The notes: a model not told the origin generated them from the letters alone. Numbered from the stretch's first letter, positions 37,713-51,708 are shown. The stretch: 64,000 nucleotides of DNA from Sphyrna mokarran (GCA_024679065.1 JAGIQG010000001.1:154442001-154506000), one strand, 5' to 3'. Numbers and translations: made by a program.

Positions 37713-38676
37713 CCCCCCTAGTCTGTTTGCAAACTGTAACAATTTACTGCATTGGTATCCTCTTAAACTACTTTGCTTGAAGCAAGAATAATTGTCAAAA
37801 GGGGATCTAAACTTAAGGATTCCTGAGTGCATTCTGGACAGTCACGAATACTTCATTTAATTCATCTTCATGAGCTGACTATTGCTTAGAAAAGTGATTG
37901 AGGTCGATATTTGTCTTCACCATCTGGGCGTTAGGCAGAATGCAAAAAGGAGTATCGTGCAGGGAGGAAGAAATGCTCCCTGTTTCTCAAGTGATGTTTA
38001 AATGGCCTGGCGGTAAAGACAAAAACCTACCCCATTAATTCCAGAATCAACACTGAACCCGTGTGATGAGTAAATGAACATGAAGTAACAGTTTGTTACT
38101 AAAAGGGAATAAATTGAGATGTCATGGATTCTTTGTTAATAGATCTTCTACTGCTTTGTGACTTTTAATTATTTAAAAAATTGGGAAGGCATTCAAATTT
38201 ATATTAATTGATAATGACATGAGACCTAGAATTTAGAACACCAAGCGAGAGAATGTAGCTGATGACCTATAGGCCTGGACCTATCTCTCTGGAAAATGGA
38301 TATTATGGACTTTGAGGTAGAAAGATTGTTTCCATGAAGTCTATTGGTAAGCATAACTTTGGACCACTGAACCCAGGAGAGATGTATCTTCTCTCCATCT
38401 TGCTGAAAAGTATTTCACCAAAGGGCGAGGATAAAAAAATTAAAATTTTTAAAATGAGTTGAGCTGAGCTTAAATTTTAAATTACCATTACAATGTGTTT
38501 GTCCAAGTGTGGTTCAGCCGAAGTTGCAAAGACAAGCTTATATATCTACTGGCCAAGATTAACTAACTGCCTCTTCATTATACAAAGCAAATGCTGAGTT
38601 ATAATTTTAATGTATTGAAGAGATTGCACATTTTTATCAAAGGACATGCATAAATATTGTTTTTCTTCTAAATTAG

Positions 38677-38794
38677 GGTGTATGTTACTGAGTCTCTTAT
38701 TCCTAATGCTGGGGAAGGTTTGTTTGCAAAAGTAGCAGCAGAACCTGACACAGTCATGGCTTTCTACAATGGAATGCGACTGACACATGAAGAG
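38677..38794 (+). CDS. SETD7: SETD7 exon 6 (SET-N): VYVTESLIPNAGEGLFAKVAAEPDTVMAFYNGMRLTHEE
   Basis: Acceptor aattag, donor gtgaga, 118 nt; AGEGLF SAM-binding motif and Y245 equivalent. Confidence 0.98.
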
Positions 38795-38897
38795 GTGAGA
38801 GGCACCATTCCAAGGTTTTTAATGAAGTTAGAATTTACCAGTCAAACAGAATGCAGAAATGTCTAGTTGTTTCATAGAAAATCACTTGTCTTTCCAG

Positions 38898-39055
38898 GTG
38901 GATTCTAGAGACTGGTCTCTCAATGGGAATACTATATCACTGGACGGTGATACTGTGCTAGATGTTCCTGAGCCTTACAACAGTACAAAACACTACTGTG
39001 CATCATTGGGGCACAAAGCAAATCACTCCTTTACTCCCAATTGCAGTTATGCGAC
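38898..39055 (+). CDS. SETD7: SETD7 exon 7: VDSRDWSLNGNTISLDGDTVLDVPEPYNSTKHYCASLGHKANHSFTPNCSYA|T
   Basis: Acceptor ttccag, donor gtaagt, 158 nt; KANHS SET motif. Confidence 0.98.
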
Positions 39056-40536
39056 GTAAGTAGTTGCTATTGTTTTACAACTGCAAACAATACTATAACT
39101 TTATTTACATATACATGGTTTTACAATAGGTTATCACTTTGAGGAGAGAAGGTAATGATGTATGAGTATCATTTACTTTAGTTTTAAGTAACTAGACAAT
39201 CTTTGGATTGGAATAGATTTTAGCCTGGGCCTATTTTTACAAAAGAACTCAACAAGTATTCCCATAATGTCTAAAGCTGCAGGAAGGTGAAGAAAGGATA
39301 AGGAACAAAGTTTATAGTCAAATCGTTGTTGTGGGAGACTCAGCTGTTATAATGCTATTGAAAGTCAGGGAACTTTAGTTAGATGTCATTCTTGTTGGAT
39401 TTGGAGATGGTGTGATGTAAATGTTATCTGCTTTTCAGTTCTTCCAACTAGTGCATTTTTGCCAAATACCACAGCTAAGATTTTGAACTCTGAGAAATCT
39501 GTTCTTGTTTTTTGGGTGAAAAATTGATGTTGGAGGGAAAAGTTTTGGGTTTTTGTCTTTTGTGCAAGATCCCCCCTGAATGGGTCTTGTTTGGCAAATT
39601 AGAAAGCTCTGATTTTTAGCTATATAAAGCATCCACCTGAAATGAGTTTTGGATGCCCTGACTACTCAAATAGGGGCCCTGTTGTTTGAAAGTGTCATCC
39701 ACTGAGAATATACATCCTCCCTCCAGTTGTTTCAGGTTTATAGTCTAAGCAGTGACCCACAAAAAGGACAGTTAATGATCACTCACAAAAAATGTAGGAA
39801 AAAACTTCAATTTTTAGAAGAACAGGACTTCCTCTCTTGGCTCCACAGGATTAATGCTGGTCTTGGCCCATCCACTTCACATCTTGCCTCCTAGTCTTCA
39901 GAAAAGCTTGGGCTGCAAGGTAGCTAAAATTTCTACGGCCCTGATTGGAGGGCTGCATATGAGTTCCAATTTTGATGAAGCTTTCGGCTCACATCTTCAA
40001 GTGCACGTTGCAATCACATCATCAATCAGTAAACTTCTCCCTCTGTTTAGGATGAAAGGCACTTCAATCGTCTTCAAAAGGCAAATTATTGTTTACTGAG
40101 CTGTGGGTATACTTGAGCTCTAGAAACTAGGAGCACAAAATGAACTAAGAGCAGATTTGACACCTACTATGAATAATGAAACCATAGTGTTTTCTCATAA
40201 GTTTTTAGAATAGGTCTAGGTAATGAATAATTAATATATGGTACCACCACTAATATAAAAAAAACTCAATTTTTAAATCTCCTCAGTAAACCTACTTAAT
40301 TTTCACTTGCATAATGCCAATTTGGTTGATGTTTATTGGATGTGTATCTTCCTGGCATTTGGCACTAATACTACTGTTCTGATGCTAAGAAATGCAACAA
40401 ATTACTCTTACTTTCCTTCCAATTAATTTGTTCAAGAGAGCGGCTTGCTTCAATGTGCAACATACTTGAATTAAACCACTTTTTTAAGGAAAAAAAACTA
40501 CCTTGATATACATCATGGTAAATTTTTTCTGTCAAG

Positions 40537-40717
40537 GTTCATCCATCCTCGGTTCGGACCTATTAAAAGCATCCGCACCATCCAGATGGTACAAGAGGAT
40601 GAAGAGCTTACCGTGGCTTATGGATACGATCACTATTCTGCAGGCAAGGGTGGGCCAGAAGCTCCTGACTGGTACAAGCTTGAACTGCAGGCCTTCCAAC
40701 CGGTTCAGCGGAAATGA
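40537..40717 (+). CDS. SETD7: SETD7 exon 8 coding part: FIHPRFGPIKSIRTIQMVQEDEELTVAYGYDHYSAGKGGPEAPDWYKLELQAFQPVQRK*
   Basis: Acceptor gtcaag; EELTVAYGY motif; TGA at 40715-40717; exons total 1101 nt from the second ATG. Confidence 0.97.
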
Positions 40718-42630
40718 AATTTATGCAGCTTTCTCTTTAAGCAACTAGCAAAAGCAGATGAAGCTATGCACTAAAGCTACATGGAACTGCCAGATCAGGA
40801 CCTTTTAAAATGCTCTGTTCTTTGAATTATCATTTACCTTGTATTTAAACTAGTCAAGGATTAACTTTTGCAAAATACATAAGACACCTGAGCAAGTAAC
40901 TATACATTTACCTTTTAGCATATGAAAGTTTATTATGTAGCAGTAAACACTACTAACCTACTAATTGTGCAGTGTGGCTTGTCCTACTTGGTAGTCTTAT
41001 GTGAAGCGTGCAGTTTTCTAAAATGGTTCATGGACAGCTGGATAGCCTTGGCCATTTTCACTGTTTCAAATTAAGATGGGTTTTTAGCCAAATCTAACTA
41101 CATACACTATTTATGGGTTTAGGGTGTTCACCTGTAAACTTTCTTGAGGTACTATCAGTAGAAGCCGTTAAATTTTTAGTTAATCTGATTGTGAATACGG
41201 CATCATTCAATATTTTCAATAGGGTTTAAGTGAAAGCTGACACTTCTGTAATTTGTGTACCCTGTCCACTTTAAATTGTGAATAATACTTGGCACAATCA
41301 GATAAAAGTTTGTTCTCCAAAAGTTAGCTTATGTCTGGAGAAAGCATTTTGAGTTGCATATCCATATCACTAGGATGAAGTACAGTTATTTATAGGTCTT
41401 CTACTGCTACTTGAGTGATGAGTTAAAAATTTTTTGAATAATGTTCAAGTGCATTAGCTTGCATATGATTTCTTCCCTGGCCCTAGTTACGTAGTATTTA
41501 ATACTAATATATTAAATACAGCTATTGACAATAATGTTGCACTCTCTGGCATTCAGACACAGTAGCTTAACTCAGTGAATTGTCTGACCTTGTTGATAAA
41601 GTGTGAGTTTCCATTTTCTGTTCATTTCAATCCACTGACTAATCAAAGCCAGCAACTGAAACATTATCCAAATAGAGTATTCTTGTGTTCATGTGACAAC
41701 ATCACTATTTCAAATCAAGTAACATTTAATCTTGCTTCAGGTGTAAAGCTATAATCTTGGCCACCTGCAAGCAATTTTTTTCTAAAGAACAGTAGCACAA
41801 TCTAAACTTCTGTTTCAGTACAGTGCTTTTTCCCTGAAAGCTTGACTAGTTAAGCTCTGCATTTTGTAATTGCTGTTTGCAGCCTTACTAAAATTACATA
41901 GTTTTGCTAACGTGACAGGGGATAAAAGCTTAACGGGTGCGAGTACGAGAGAATGGAATTATTCCAAAAGTTTACAGATATCCCTTGCGTGGTGTGAATC
42001 CTCAGTGTATTAAATGAAAAGCGTGTGCATTTTATAAGAGTGTCTGGGTGAGCGTGAGAATTGTTTTGGTTGCTGGGGGTGGGAAAACATTTGTAATATG
42101 TTTTGGTTTTGACAAAATGAATTATGCTGTGATCAATATGTGAAGTTAATAACTTGATATAGAAGAAGAAAATTTGTTTTCTAATGGTCATTTAAAGAAA
42201 AAAAGTGGTAAATTGTGAATAAATGGATTTTTACCATGAAGATAGAAACAGGAAAGAACAAATTATGGATTTAATTGATTTTAAAACTGTAATATATGTG
42301 TCAATAGTTCAATGATTCTGACTGGTGCATGATTTGTTTTCAAACATGAAATACCTGTTCATTTTAAATCTAATCTTGTGTTGGTCACCCTTCAGCTTTA
42401 AGTCTGTCTTTCTTTGATTCAAAATGAGAAAAGGTTACAGTATTTCAGAGTTAATGTACATTTCAGTCTTTCTACAGCATTGTAGCACTGTATCCATTAT
42501 TAATGGCCTCTGTGGATTTGTCAACATATTGAACATCAAAACCTAGTGTAGAAGTTTTGCGTTGCCAAATTAATTCACATTAGAGCAGTAGGTTGTCCGT
42601 GGCAATAAATGCTGCAAGCTTATAACTGAC
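40718..42630 (+). other. SETD7: Probable SETD7 3' UTR with candidate poly(A) signals
   Basis: Repeat-free AU-rich tract; AATAAA at 42218-42223 and 42604-42609; true end unknown. Confidence 0.55.
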
Positions 42631-43049
42631 TGGTCTGTTCACTATTTTTCACTTCCTGTAACTTTGATCCTGTGATCTGCTTTTTTTTTCAGTTACAAAA
42701 GTGGATTACCAGCTGTTAATTTACTGGATATCTAAATCACTTGGGTGTGATATTGAGCTATTGAAGTCAAAAGGTCTAGGAGTTCAATTTCTGTTCTGGG
42801 CCAAGTTAGTTGATCTCTGATATAATAGAAATGGAAGCTGCACAATTAGTTTTAGCATCCCTGTCCTGTGGAGGAAGAAAAGAAATTCAGCTACAGTACA
42901 TCAACTCCTACTGTGGAGATAAGACAAGATCATGAGTGGGCCTATCTACAAAGTCCACTCTTGATCTTCAAATAGCCTGCTACCATTTGCTACAAGACAG
43001 TTACCAGTGCCCATAGAGGCTACCATTTAAAAGTCTAAAATGGATAGAA

Positions 43050-45185
43050 CCAGGCAGACCACCTGCATTGACCCAGGTACTGGAAACAGTAGTAGCAAAC
43101 TCAGCCCCATCAACCCTGCAAAGTTCTTGGGGACAGTACCAATGCTGAGAGAGCCCTCTCGCAGACTAGTCAGGCAACAGCTTGACATGATCTGTAAGGT
43201 ATGAATCTGAGAGTATAACGATATTCCAGATACCAGCGTCACCATTCCTAAGTATGTCCTGTGCCATCCGCATGGCAAACCCAGCAGCGATAGCAGCATA
43301 ATGGTATACAGTTGGGACGAAGTTGCTCTGACAATCCTTAACATCTGGGCTCCTTAAAGTCTCGTGGCATCAGGTCAAACATGGGCAAACATGCTGATTA
43401 CCATGTATTTCCCTCCCCCTACATAATAAACCAGTACTGCTCCATGTTGAACACCACTTGGAGGAAGCACTGAGGGCGGCAATGTTGTATTTACTCTGGG
43501 TGGGGTCTTCAATGCTCATTACCACGAGTAGCTCAATAGCACCACAAACTGAGCTGGCTGAGGCCTAAAGGGCACAACTGCTAGGTTTGATCTGTGGCAG
43601 ATGGTGAGGAAGCCAAAAGTGGAAAATACATGCCTGATTTCATTTTCACTAACCTGCCTGCTGCAGATGTGTCATCCATAACAGCATTGGTAGGAATGGC
43701 CAAAAGAGAAAATGTTGGAAAATCACAGCAGGACTGGCAGCATCTGTAAGGAGAAAAAAGAGCTGATGTTTTGAGTCCAAATGATTCTTTGTCAAAGCTT
43801 GGTAGGAGTGAGCACTGTACAGTCCTTGTGGAGATTAAGTCCCATTGTATTGTGTGGCACTATCACCATACTAAATAGGATGGATTTCACACAGATTTAG
43901 CAACTCCGGACTGGGCAGCCATGAGGTGCTACAGGCCATCAGCAACAGCGGAACTGTACTCCATCACAATCTCTGACCTCAAATCTAGCATATCCCCACT
44001 CTACTGTTACCACCAAACCAGAAGATCAATCCTTCCTCAATGAAGAATGCAGGAGAACATAACTGAAGATAAAGTGTCAGCCTGGTGAAGCTAAGTAATT
44101 CCACAAGCAACAGATCAGATCTAATTTCTGTAGTCTTGTCGCATCCAGTGGTGAAGGGTAGTAGATGATTACACAATTCACTGGAGGTGGAGGCTACATA
44201 AATATTTCCATCTTCAATGGAAGAGCCCAGCACATTAGTGCAAAAGAGAAGTCTGAAATATTTGCAACCATCTTCAGCTAGAAGTGCTGAGTGAATGATT
44301 CATCTGTGCCCCCTCTCAAAGTCCCAACATTACAGATGCCAGTCTTCAGCCAATTTGATTCACTCCATGCTTTGTCAAGAAACGGGTGAAAGCAATGGCT
44401 ATAGCAAATGTATGGGCCTTAGGAGGGAGTTGCCTTGAGAGTCCTCAACATCTGGACCCCATTAAGACTTAAGGCATCAGGTCAAACGTTTGGCAAGGAA
44501 ACTACCTGCTGATTATCACACACTGTGTCCTTCCACCACATGATGAACTAGTATTCTTCCATGTTGAACACTACTTAGAGGAAGCATTGAGGATGGAAAT
44601 GTTGCATCTACTCTGGGTGGGGTCTTCAGCATCCATCACCATGGATAGCTTAGTATCACCACAAGCAAGCAACAGAACTCGAGATTTGTGCTTCACATGT
44701 CCCTCACCAAACTGCTTATGTACAACTACAGCAATGACATTTACAATGTGCACAGTTTCTCAGGTATGTCCTATACACAAAATGAAACTCTGCCAATAAC
44801 TTCCCCATCATAATATTCTCAGCCGTCAGTAAAGTGATGAAAGGGGTCATCAGTGCTATCAAGCAGCACTTACTTAGCAACAACATGCTCACTGTTCGGG
44901 TTCTAGCAGGGCCTGATCTTACAGCTTTGGTTCAAACCGAACTCCAGGGGTGAGATAACGTCCTTGACATCAAGATAGCATTTGACCAAATGTAGCATCG
45001 AAGAACTCTAGCAAAACTGGAGTCGGGGGGAAATCTCCCTGCTGGTTGGAGTCATACCTGGCACAAGGATGAAATTTGTGGTTGTTGGTAATTTATTTAA
45101 GTTCCATTCATCACTACATGAATTCCTTAGGGATGGGCAATAAATGTTGGTGTAACCAATGATGCCCCACCCGCATGAATGTTTT
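43050..45185 (+). mobile_element. Fragmented LINE (clade uncertain), endonuclease and RT remnants with a repeated EN segment
   Basis: catgttgaacaccacttggaggaagcactgagg occurs at ~43443 and ~44560; LDIK.AFD remnant near 44965; tail gggatgggcaataaatg. Confidence 0.75.
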
Positions 45186-45496
45186 TAATTTGTAAATTGG
45201 TACTTTTCAGCAGAAATGGGAAAGAATGGAATTTGAGGATGCTATAAACATGGAACTATGTCTTTTGATTTTCACGTTGATTCTTTCAAGCTCAACAGTG
45301 GGGGTGGATCTAACAAAAACCATGTGCTTCACCATTGGCAAGATCAGCCTGCTAGTCAAAGAAAATAACATTGTTGTTCACATTACATCACTGCTAATGC
45401 ATATAGCAACTGTCATATAGTTAGGCCTCAAATGAAGTGTAATTCTGGGCACTAAACTTAAATCACCTCAACACCTTTTTATAGGTCTATCAAGAT

Positions 45497-45705
45497 TTTG
45501 ATTTGATTTTTATTGTCACATGTATTAGTATACAATGAAAAGTATTGTTTCTTACAAGCCATACAGGTAAAGGGTACCGTACATTAGAGCAGGAACGGAG
45601 AGAGTGCAGAATGTAGTGTTACAGTCATAGCTAGGATGTAGAGAAAGATCAACTTAGTATGTTCATTCAAAAGTTTGGCAGCAGGGAAGAAGCTGTTCTT
45701 GATTG
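45497..45705 (-). mobile_element. Rex1/Babar-like LINE 3' end
   Basis: Reverse complement resembles 5500-5722. Confidence 0.6.
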
Positions 45706-45714
45706 GTTAATATT

Positions 45715-47328
45715 AGGAATATGGACCTTTAGTCATGTGGGGAGATTGGAGAAGTGGGATTGTTTTCCTTGGAGCATAGAAGTAAGCATAAGGTGACTTG
45801 GAGAAATTAAAAGCTATTTAAATTCACAAGAGAAAGTAGAGAAAAATTCTTGGGCAAACTGGCTAATTAAAATTAGGGTAAGGGAAGAGAAATTATTTTG
45901 GACAAAGGGTTGTGATGGTCTGGAAAGCATTAACTGAAAGGTGGTGGAATAAGATTTGATGGGAATTATCAAAAAGTAATTGGACAGATATTTGAAGGAA
46001 ACTAATTTGCTGGGTTATGGAATGGGGAAAGAATAAATTCGTTCTTTCCAAGAGGTATGATGGGCTAAATGGTCCCCTTTTTTACTACATGTTTTAATGA
46101 GCTAGCAATTTTGAGAAGGACTGGTAAGGGGCAGAGGAAGACAGTTTATCTCTTGCATAATTATTGTGCCTGGAATGATATTGTGCTTTTTTTTTTTGTT
46201 AGAATTTGATCAACTTTGTGAAGGGGGGGGAAGTTCATTTGACGTATTTTATATGGATTTCAGCAAAGTTTTTGACAAGCCCAACATGGGAGACTGATTT
46301 GAGAAGGTTAAAGCACGTGCAATTCAGGGAAATGTGGCGAATGGATCAGAAACTGGCTTAGTAATAGGACACAAAGGGTAGTGGTAGAATGCTGTTGGAG
46401 TGGCTGGAGGCTGGTGTCCAGCAGTGTGCCACAAGGATTTTCGGGATTCTTTATTGTTTGTTATATACATAAATGATATATTAAAAATGTGGGAGGGGGA
46501 ATGATAAGCAAATTTGCAGGTACCACCAAGATTGGTAGGGTGCTTAATAGTAAAAAAAAGGTGATTGTAGGTTGCAGGAAAATCTAGATAGTTTGCCAGA
46601 GCAGTGGTAGATGGTATTTAACACTAAGTGCAAGGTGATGCATCTGGAAGAAGTAACAAGACAGAGTATTTAATGAATGGTAGGAGACTAGGAAACTCAG
46701 AGGAACAGGTGGATCTTGGCATACTTATTCATAGATCTCTGAAATCAGGAGAGCACATGAATAGGATAGTTAAAATCAAATGCCTCATATGCCTTCTTAT
46801 CAGTTCTGACATAGAGTGTCAGAGAAAGGAGGAAATGTTGAAGTTTGTACAATGTGTTGATTAGGCTACAGCTGGGGTACTGTGTGCAGTTCTGGTCATC
46901 TCACTATAGGAAGGATGTGATTACTCTAGAGGGAGTGCAGAGGAGGTTCACCAGGATGTTGGCTGGGATGGAGCATTTGAGCTATAAGGAGAGACTGGGT
47001 AGGCCTGATTTGTTTTTTAGAACAGAGAAAGCAAAGGGGGGGACATGATTGAAGTGTACGGACAGTGTGAATAGGAAGCAGCTGTTCCCCTTGGTTGAGG
47101 GCTCAATCACAAGGGAGCATAGTTTTAGGTAAGGATCAGGAGATTCAGAAGGGATTGGAGGAAAAAAAAATCACTTAGAGGTCGTGGGAACCTGGAATGC
47201 ACTGCCTGAGAAGGTCATGGAAGTTGGAAACATTATAACTTTAAAAAAAAAATTTAGCTGAGTACTTGAAATATCCTAGTATTTAAGGATGTAGAAACAT
47301 TATATTAGTGATAGTGTTGGTGCAGACT
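45715..47328 (+). mobile_element. Two consecutive CR1 fragments (3' end 45715-46095; RT to 3' end 46200-47328)
   Basis: YMDFSKVFDK, LIRLQLGYCVQFWS, LEGVQRRFTRM. Confidence 0.85.
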
Positions 47329-47329
47329 C

Positions 47330-48155
47330 AATGACAATGGATGAAGCAGCAAGATCTAAAAAGCTTTCGGGCTTGGGCTGATAAGTGGCGAGTAATATTT
47401 ACACCACACAAGGAAATAATAATCTCCAAAAGAGAGAATCTAACCATCTCCCCTTGACCTTCATTAGTACAAATCTTGCAGAATTCCCCCACTATCAACG
47501 GCCAGGGGGGAATTATCAATTACCAGAAACTGAATTAAATAAGGCATATAACACTGTGCCTACAAGAACAGGTCAGAGCTAGGAATTCTGCGTAGAGTAA
47601 TTCACACCTTGCTCCCAAAGTCTGTCCACCATCTTCAAGATACAAGGTAGATGTATGACGAAATACCTCCTCTTACCTGGATGAGTGCAGATCCAATAAA
47701 ACTCAAATACGGTCAGAGACAGTCCACTTGCTTGAAACACATCCACCAGCTTTAACATCCATTACCTCTTCAAATCACTGATGCATAGTAGCAATAATGT
47801 GCACCATTTACAAAATGCACTGCAGCAACTCACCAAGGCTCCTTAGAGATTACCTTCCAAATCTTCAATCTACCTAGAAGGATAAGGGCTATAAATGCAT
47901 GGGAACACCATAAGCTGCTAGTTTCTCTCCAAGCCACAGACCATCCCAACTTGGAAAAATAATGCTGTTCCTTCACTGTCACTGGGTCAAAATTCTGGAA
48001 CTCCCTCCCTAACAGCACTGTGGGTGTACCTACACCACATGGATGGCAATGGTTCAAGAAGGTGCATTATTACCAACTTCTCAAGGACAATTAAGGATGG
48101 GCAATAAAAATATAGGCCTAACCAATGACATCCTTATCCCCATGAGTGATTTTAA
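47330..48155 (+). mobile_element. LINE 3' fragment, same family as 43050 and 58960
   Basis: ctgtccacca...ttacctggatgagtgcag...caattaaggatgggcaataaa. Confidence 0.8.
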
Positions 48156-48989
48156 AAATTGACATTTCTGATTTTGTCTTTTTCTAGGTAAGACAACAAG
48201 CATCATAAAAAAAAAACTTGAGATTTCTTTAGAAAAACATTGATATTGATTTTCCTAACTTATCTATAAATAAATGGCTTTGTACAAAATAACTGTGTGT
48301 ACACACTTTTACTCTGAAGGTGAAAGTTACAAGATGTGGGTGAGAAAAGTAGTTTATTGTAATACCTTGTTTTGACAAATATTTTATGCAATATATACAG
48401 TTAATTTATTCATATAATAGAAAAACATTGGTTCTTACCTATAATACATTAAAATCACATTTATATAGTTTTATTTCCTATTGCCACATTTTTGCCAATT
48501 TACCATAATTTTTTATTTATATGTCTTTACAATTATAATGGAAATGATCTATGTCAACTTGTCACGCTGTAATTACACCTTTGTGCCAGTGCAAGTGGTT
48601 TTCCAACTCTCAGTGTTTTAACCTCAGGTTTAGAGACACTGTGAGAACCGACTCCACCATTTGATTATAAGCAATGTATAATAAAGCTTTGAAAAAAAGC
48701 ACAGAATTCATGACTTTTTAAAATGGAAACTGAATCCATGCCAGTCCAATCACCCTCGATCCATCTGGAAAATTGCATTTCACCCTGATTGGATAAAGAG
48801 CAGCAATATTCTATCTAGCAATAATCAGCCACAAGAAATATCAGCTGGACTTTTAAGCTGATCACAGCTAACTGGGATGTGAGAAGAATGCCTCATTGAT
48901 TGCTGTCACTTCATTAGAATTGCCTGAGGAGCAAGGCACGAGGAGGCTATAATTTTTCAAGCAGGTGATCTGTACAGCCGTTCTTTTAA

Positions 48990-49560
48990 AAAGTGCTCTC
49001 CCATAAACAGTGACAAAAGTAAATAAATGACCAGATCATCTATTTTAGATATTGGTCAAGAAATAAATGTTGGCCAAGGCATCTATGGAATTCCCTTGCC
49101 CATCTTTGGATTACACAGTGGAATCTTCTACTTGCAGATCAGCTGAAAGGAAGACAGGGCTTCAGTTGAATTGCAACTCTGCAAGTCTAGTTTTATCTTC
49201 TCAAGCCGGGCACAGTGTTTAGCATTACTGCTTCACAGTGCCAGGGACCCTAGGGTTTGATTCCAATCTCAGGTGACTGTCCATGTAGAGTTTGCACATT
49301 CTCTATGCCTGCACGCGATTCCTCCGTGATTCCTTCCACAGCCTGAAGATGCACAGGTTAGATTGACTGGCCATGCTGATTTGCCCCCTTAATGTCAGGG
49401 GGACTAGTGGGTTAACGTGTGGGGTAACGCCGATAGGGCCAGGGTGGGATTTTGTTGGGAGTGCAGCTCAATGGGCTGAATGGCTTTCTTTTGCAATGTA
49501 GGGACTTTTATCATTCTACATAACTGCCAGCCTAAATTATGTGCTCAAATCTACAGAACA
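48990..49560. mobile_element. Deu-SINE remnant (-) interrupted by a V-SINE (+, ~49205-49520)
   Basis: Deu core ataaatgttggccaagg on the left flank, resuming gccagcctaaattatgtgctcaaatct on the right. Confidence 0.7.
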
Positions 49561-49784
49561 AGAAACAGTTCCCAATGTCCAACATGCTATGAACATCGGA
49601 AAAAATCAACTGCATACACTAGTAACAAGCCATTCCTGCATCTTTTTTAAAGCTACCTGAAAATTGGTTGCAAAATCCTGAATTATGGTAAGTAATACTG
49701 TTGTGCCTGCAGTGAACAAGGTATTTTTCAGTTCATCCACAATTTTAAACATAGCTCATAGAGGTGAAAAGTCAATGATCAATA

Positions 49785-50590
49785 TACAATGATTTGGACG
49801 TAGGAATTAAATGCAATATTTTCAAACTTCCAGACAACACTAAGCTGGGTGATAGTGTGTGGTGTGAGCAGAATGCTAAGAAATTGCAGGGTGACTTGGA
49901 CAGTCTGATTGAGTAGGCAAATACTTGGCAAATGCAATATAATGTGGATAAATGTGAAGTTATCCACTTTGATGAAGAAAACAGGAAAGAAGATTATTGA
50001 ATTATGGCAACTTAGGAAAAGGGGAAGTGCCATGTAACCTGGTGGAACAGTCACTGAAGGTGGCATGCAAGTACAGCAGGTGGTGAAGAAAGTTAATGGC
50101 ATGCCAGCTTTCATTGCAAGAGGATTTGACTATAGGAATAGAGACATCTTGCTGCAGTTATACAGTACCTTGGTGAGACCACACTTTGAGTAATGTATGC
50201 AGCTTTAGTCTCCTAGTTTGAGAAAGGATATTCTTATAATTTTGAGTGAGTCCAGCGAAGGTTCAACAAGCTCATTCCTGGAATGACAGGATTGACATGA
50301 AGAAAACTGGATTGACTGGGCTTGTACTCACTGGAATTTAGAAGAATGAGAGGAAGAACTTCACTCAGAGTTGTGAACCTGTTGAATTCTCTATCACAGA
50401 AGACTGTTGGGGCCAGTTTATTAGATATGTTCAGGAAGGAGTTGGACATGGACCTTGCGGCTAAAGGGACCAAGCAGAGAGAAAGCAGGACTGGGATGCT
50501 GAAAGTGTGTGTTCAGTCATGATCATATTGAATGGTGGTGCAAGCTCAAAGGGCCAAATGGCCTACTCCTACACCTGTTTCCTATGTTTT
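49785..50590 (+). mobile_element. CR1 3' fragment
   Basis: ttggtgagaccacac, cagcgaaggttcaacaag, tail cctactcctacacctgtttcctatgttt. Confidence 0.85.
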
Positions 50591-50704
50591 CCCTGTCCTT
50601 TTCAGTTCTGGCGTATGCAATGTGGTTACTATTCTACCATCATGAATAATTGTCAAGAAATCTATTTGAAACTAAATGTTTTAGATCTCTTTAACGATGG
50701 ACAG

Positions 50705-51708
50705 GAATGCAAAAGGGGAATGGCTCGTTAGAGGGGTCTGTTTTTGTACAAAGTGTGCAGGAAGGTTTTTTGACTCAGTATGTAGATAGGCCAACTAGAG
50801 GTGAGGCTACATTGGATTTGGTGCTGGGCAATGAGCCAGACCAGGTGTTAGACTTGGAAGTTGGTGAACATTTTGGTGAAAGTGACCACAATTCGGTTAC
50901 GTTCACCTTAGTGATGGATAGGGATAGGCATGAAGCTGGGGGCAGTAGTTATAGCTGGGGAATGGTAATTATGAGGCCATAAGGAGGGAATTAGGGTGCA
51001 TAGGTTGGACTAGGAAACTACAGGGACTGGGCACATCTGAAATGTGGAGCTTATTCAAGGAGCAGTTACTGCGAGTCCTTGATAAGTATGTCCCTGTCAG
51101 GCAAGGAGGAAATGGTCGAGTAAGGGAACCATGGTGTACTAAAAAAGTTAATTCGCTGGTTAAAAGGAAAAAAGAGACTTATGTCAGGATGAGGCTTGAA
51201 GCTCAGTTAGTGCAATGGATAGGTATAGATTAGCCAGGAGTGAGCTAAAGAGTGAGTTGAGGAGAGCTAAAAGGGGACACGAGAAGACTTTGGCTGATAG
51301 GATCAAGGACAATCCTAAAGCTTTCTTTAGATATGTTAAGAATAGAAGATTGGTTAGGGCAAGGTTAGGGCCAGTTATGGACAGCAGTGGGAAGTTGTGC
51401 ATGGAGCCTGAAGAGATTGGAGAGACACTGAACAAATATTTCTCTTCGGTATTAAATTAAGGGGTGGTGGTTTTAGGACAGATGTCAGAGGTAGGTTCTT
51501 TACCCAGAGTGTGGTAAGTGTATGGAATGCCTTGCCTGCGTCAGTTGTAGATGCGCCAAGCTTGGTGGCGTTTAAGAGGTTAGTAGATAAGTTTATGGAT
51601 GAAAGGGGAATGGTTTAGGTTAGAGGGTCACTGCTTGTTCCTAATTGGTCGGCGCAACATCGAAGGCCGAATGGCCTGTTCTGCGCTGTAATGTTCTATG
51701 TTCTATGG
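50705..51708 (+). mobile_element. Relatively young CR1 with the RT domain deleted
   Basis: FLTQYVDRPTRGEATLDLVL..SDHN (endonuclease end), NPKAFFRYVK..LNKYFSSV, then jumps to the 3' end with (atgttct)n tail. Confidence 0.88.

Noticed and set aside
41494-41519. 10-bp stem-loop in the 3' UTR
   Set aside because: Almost purely AT; expected by chance in this composition.
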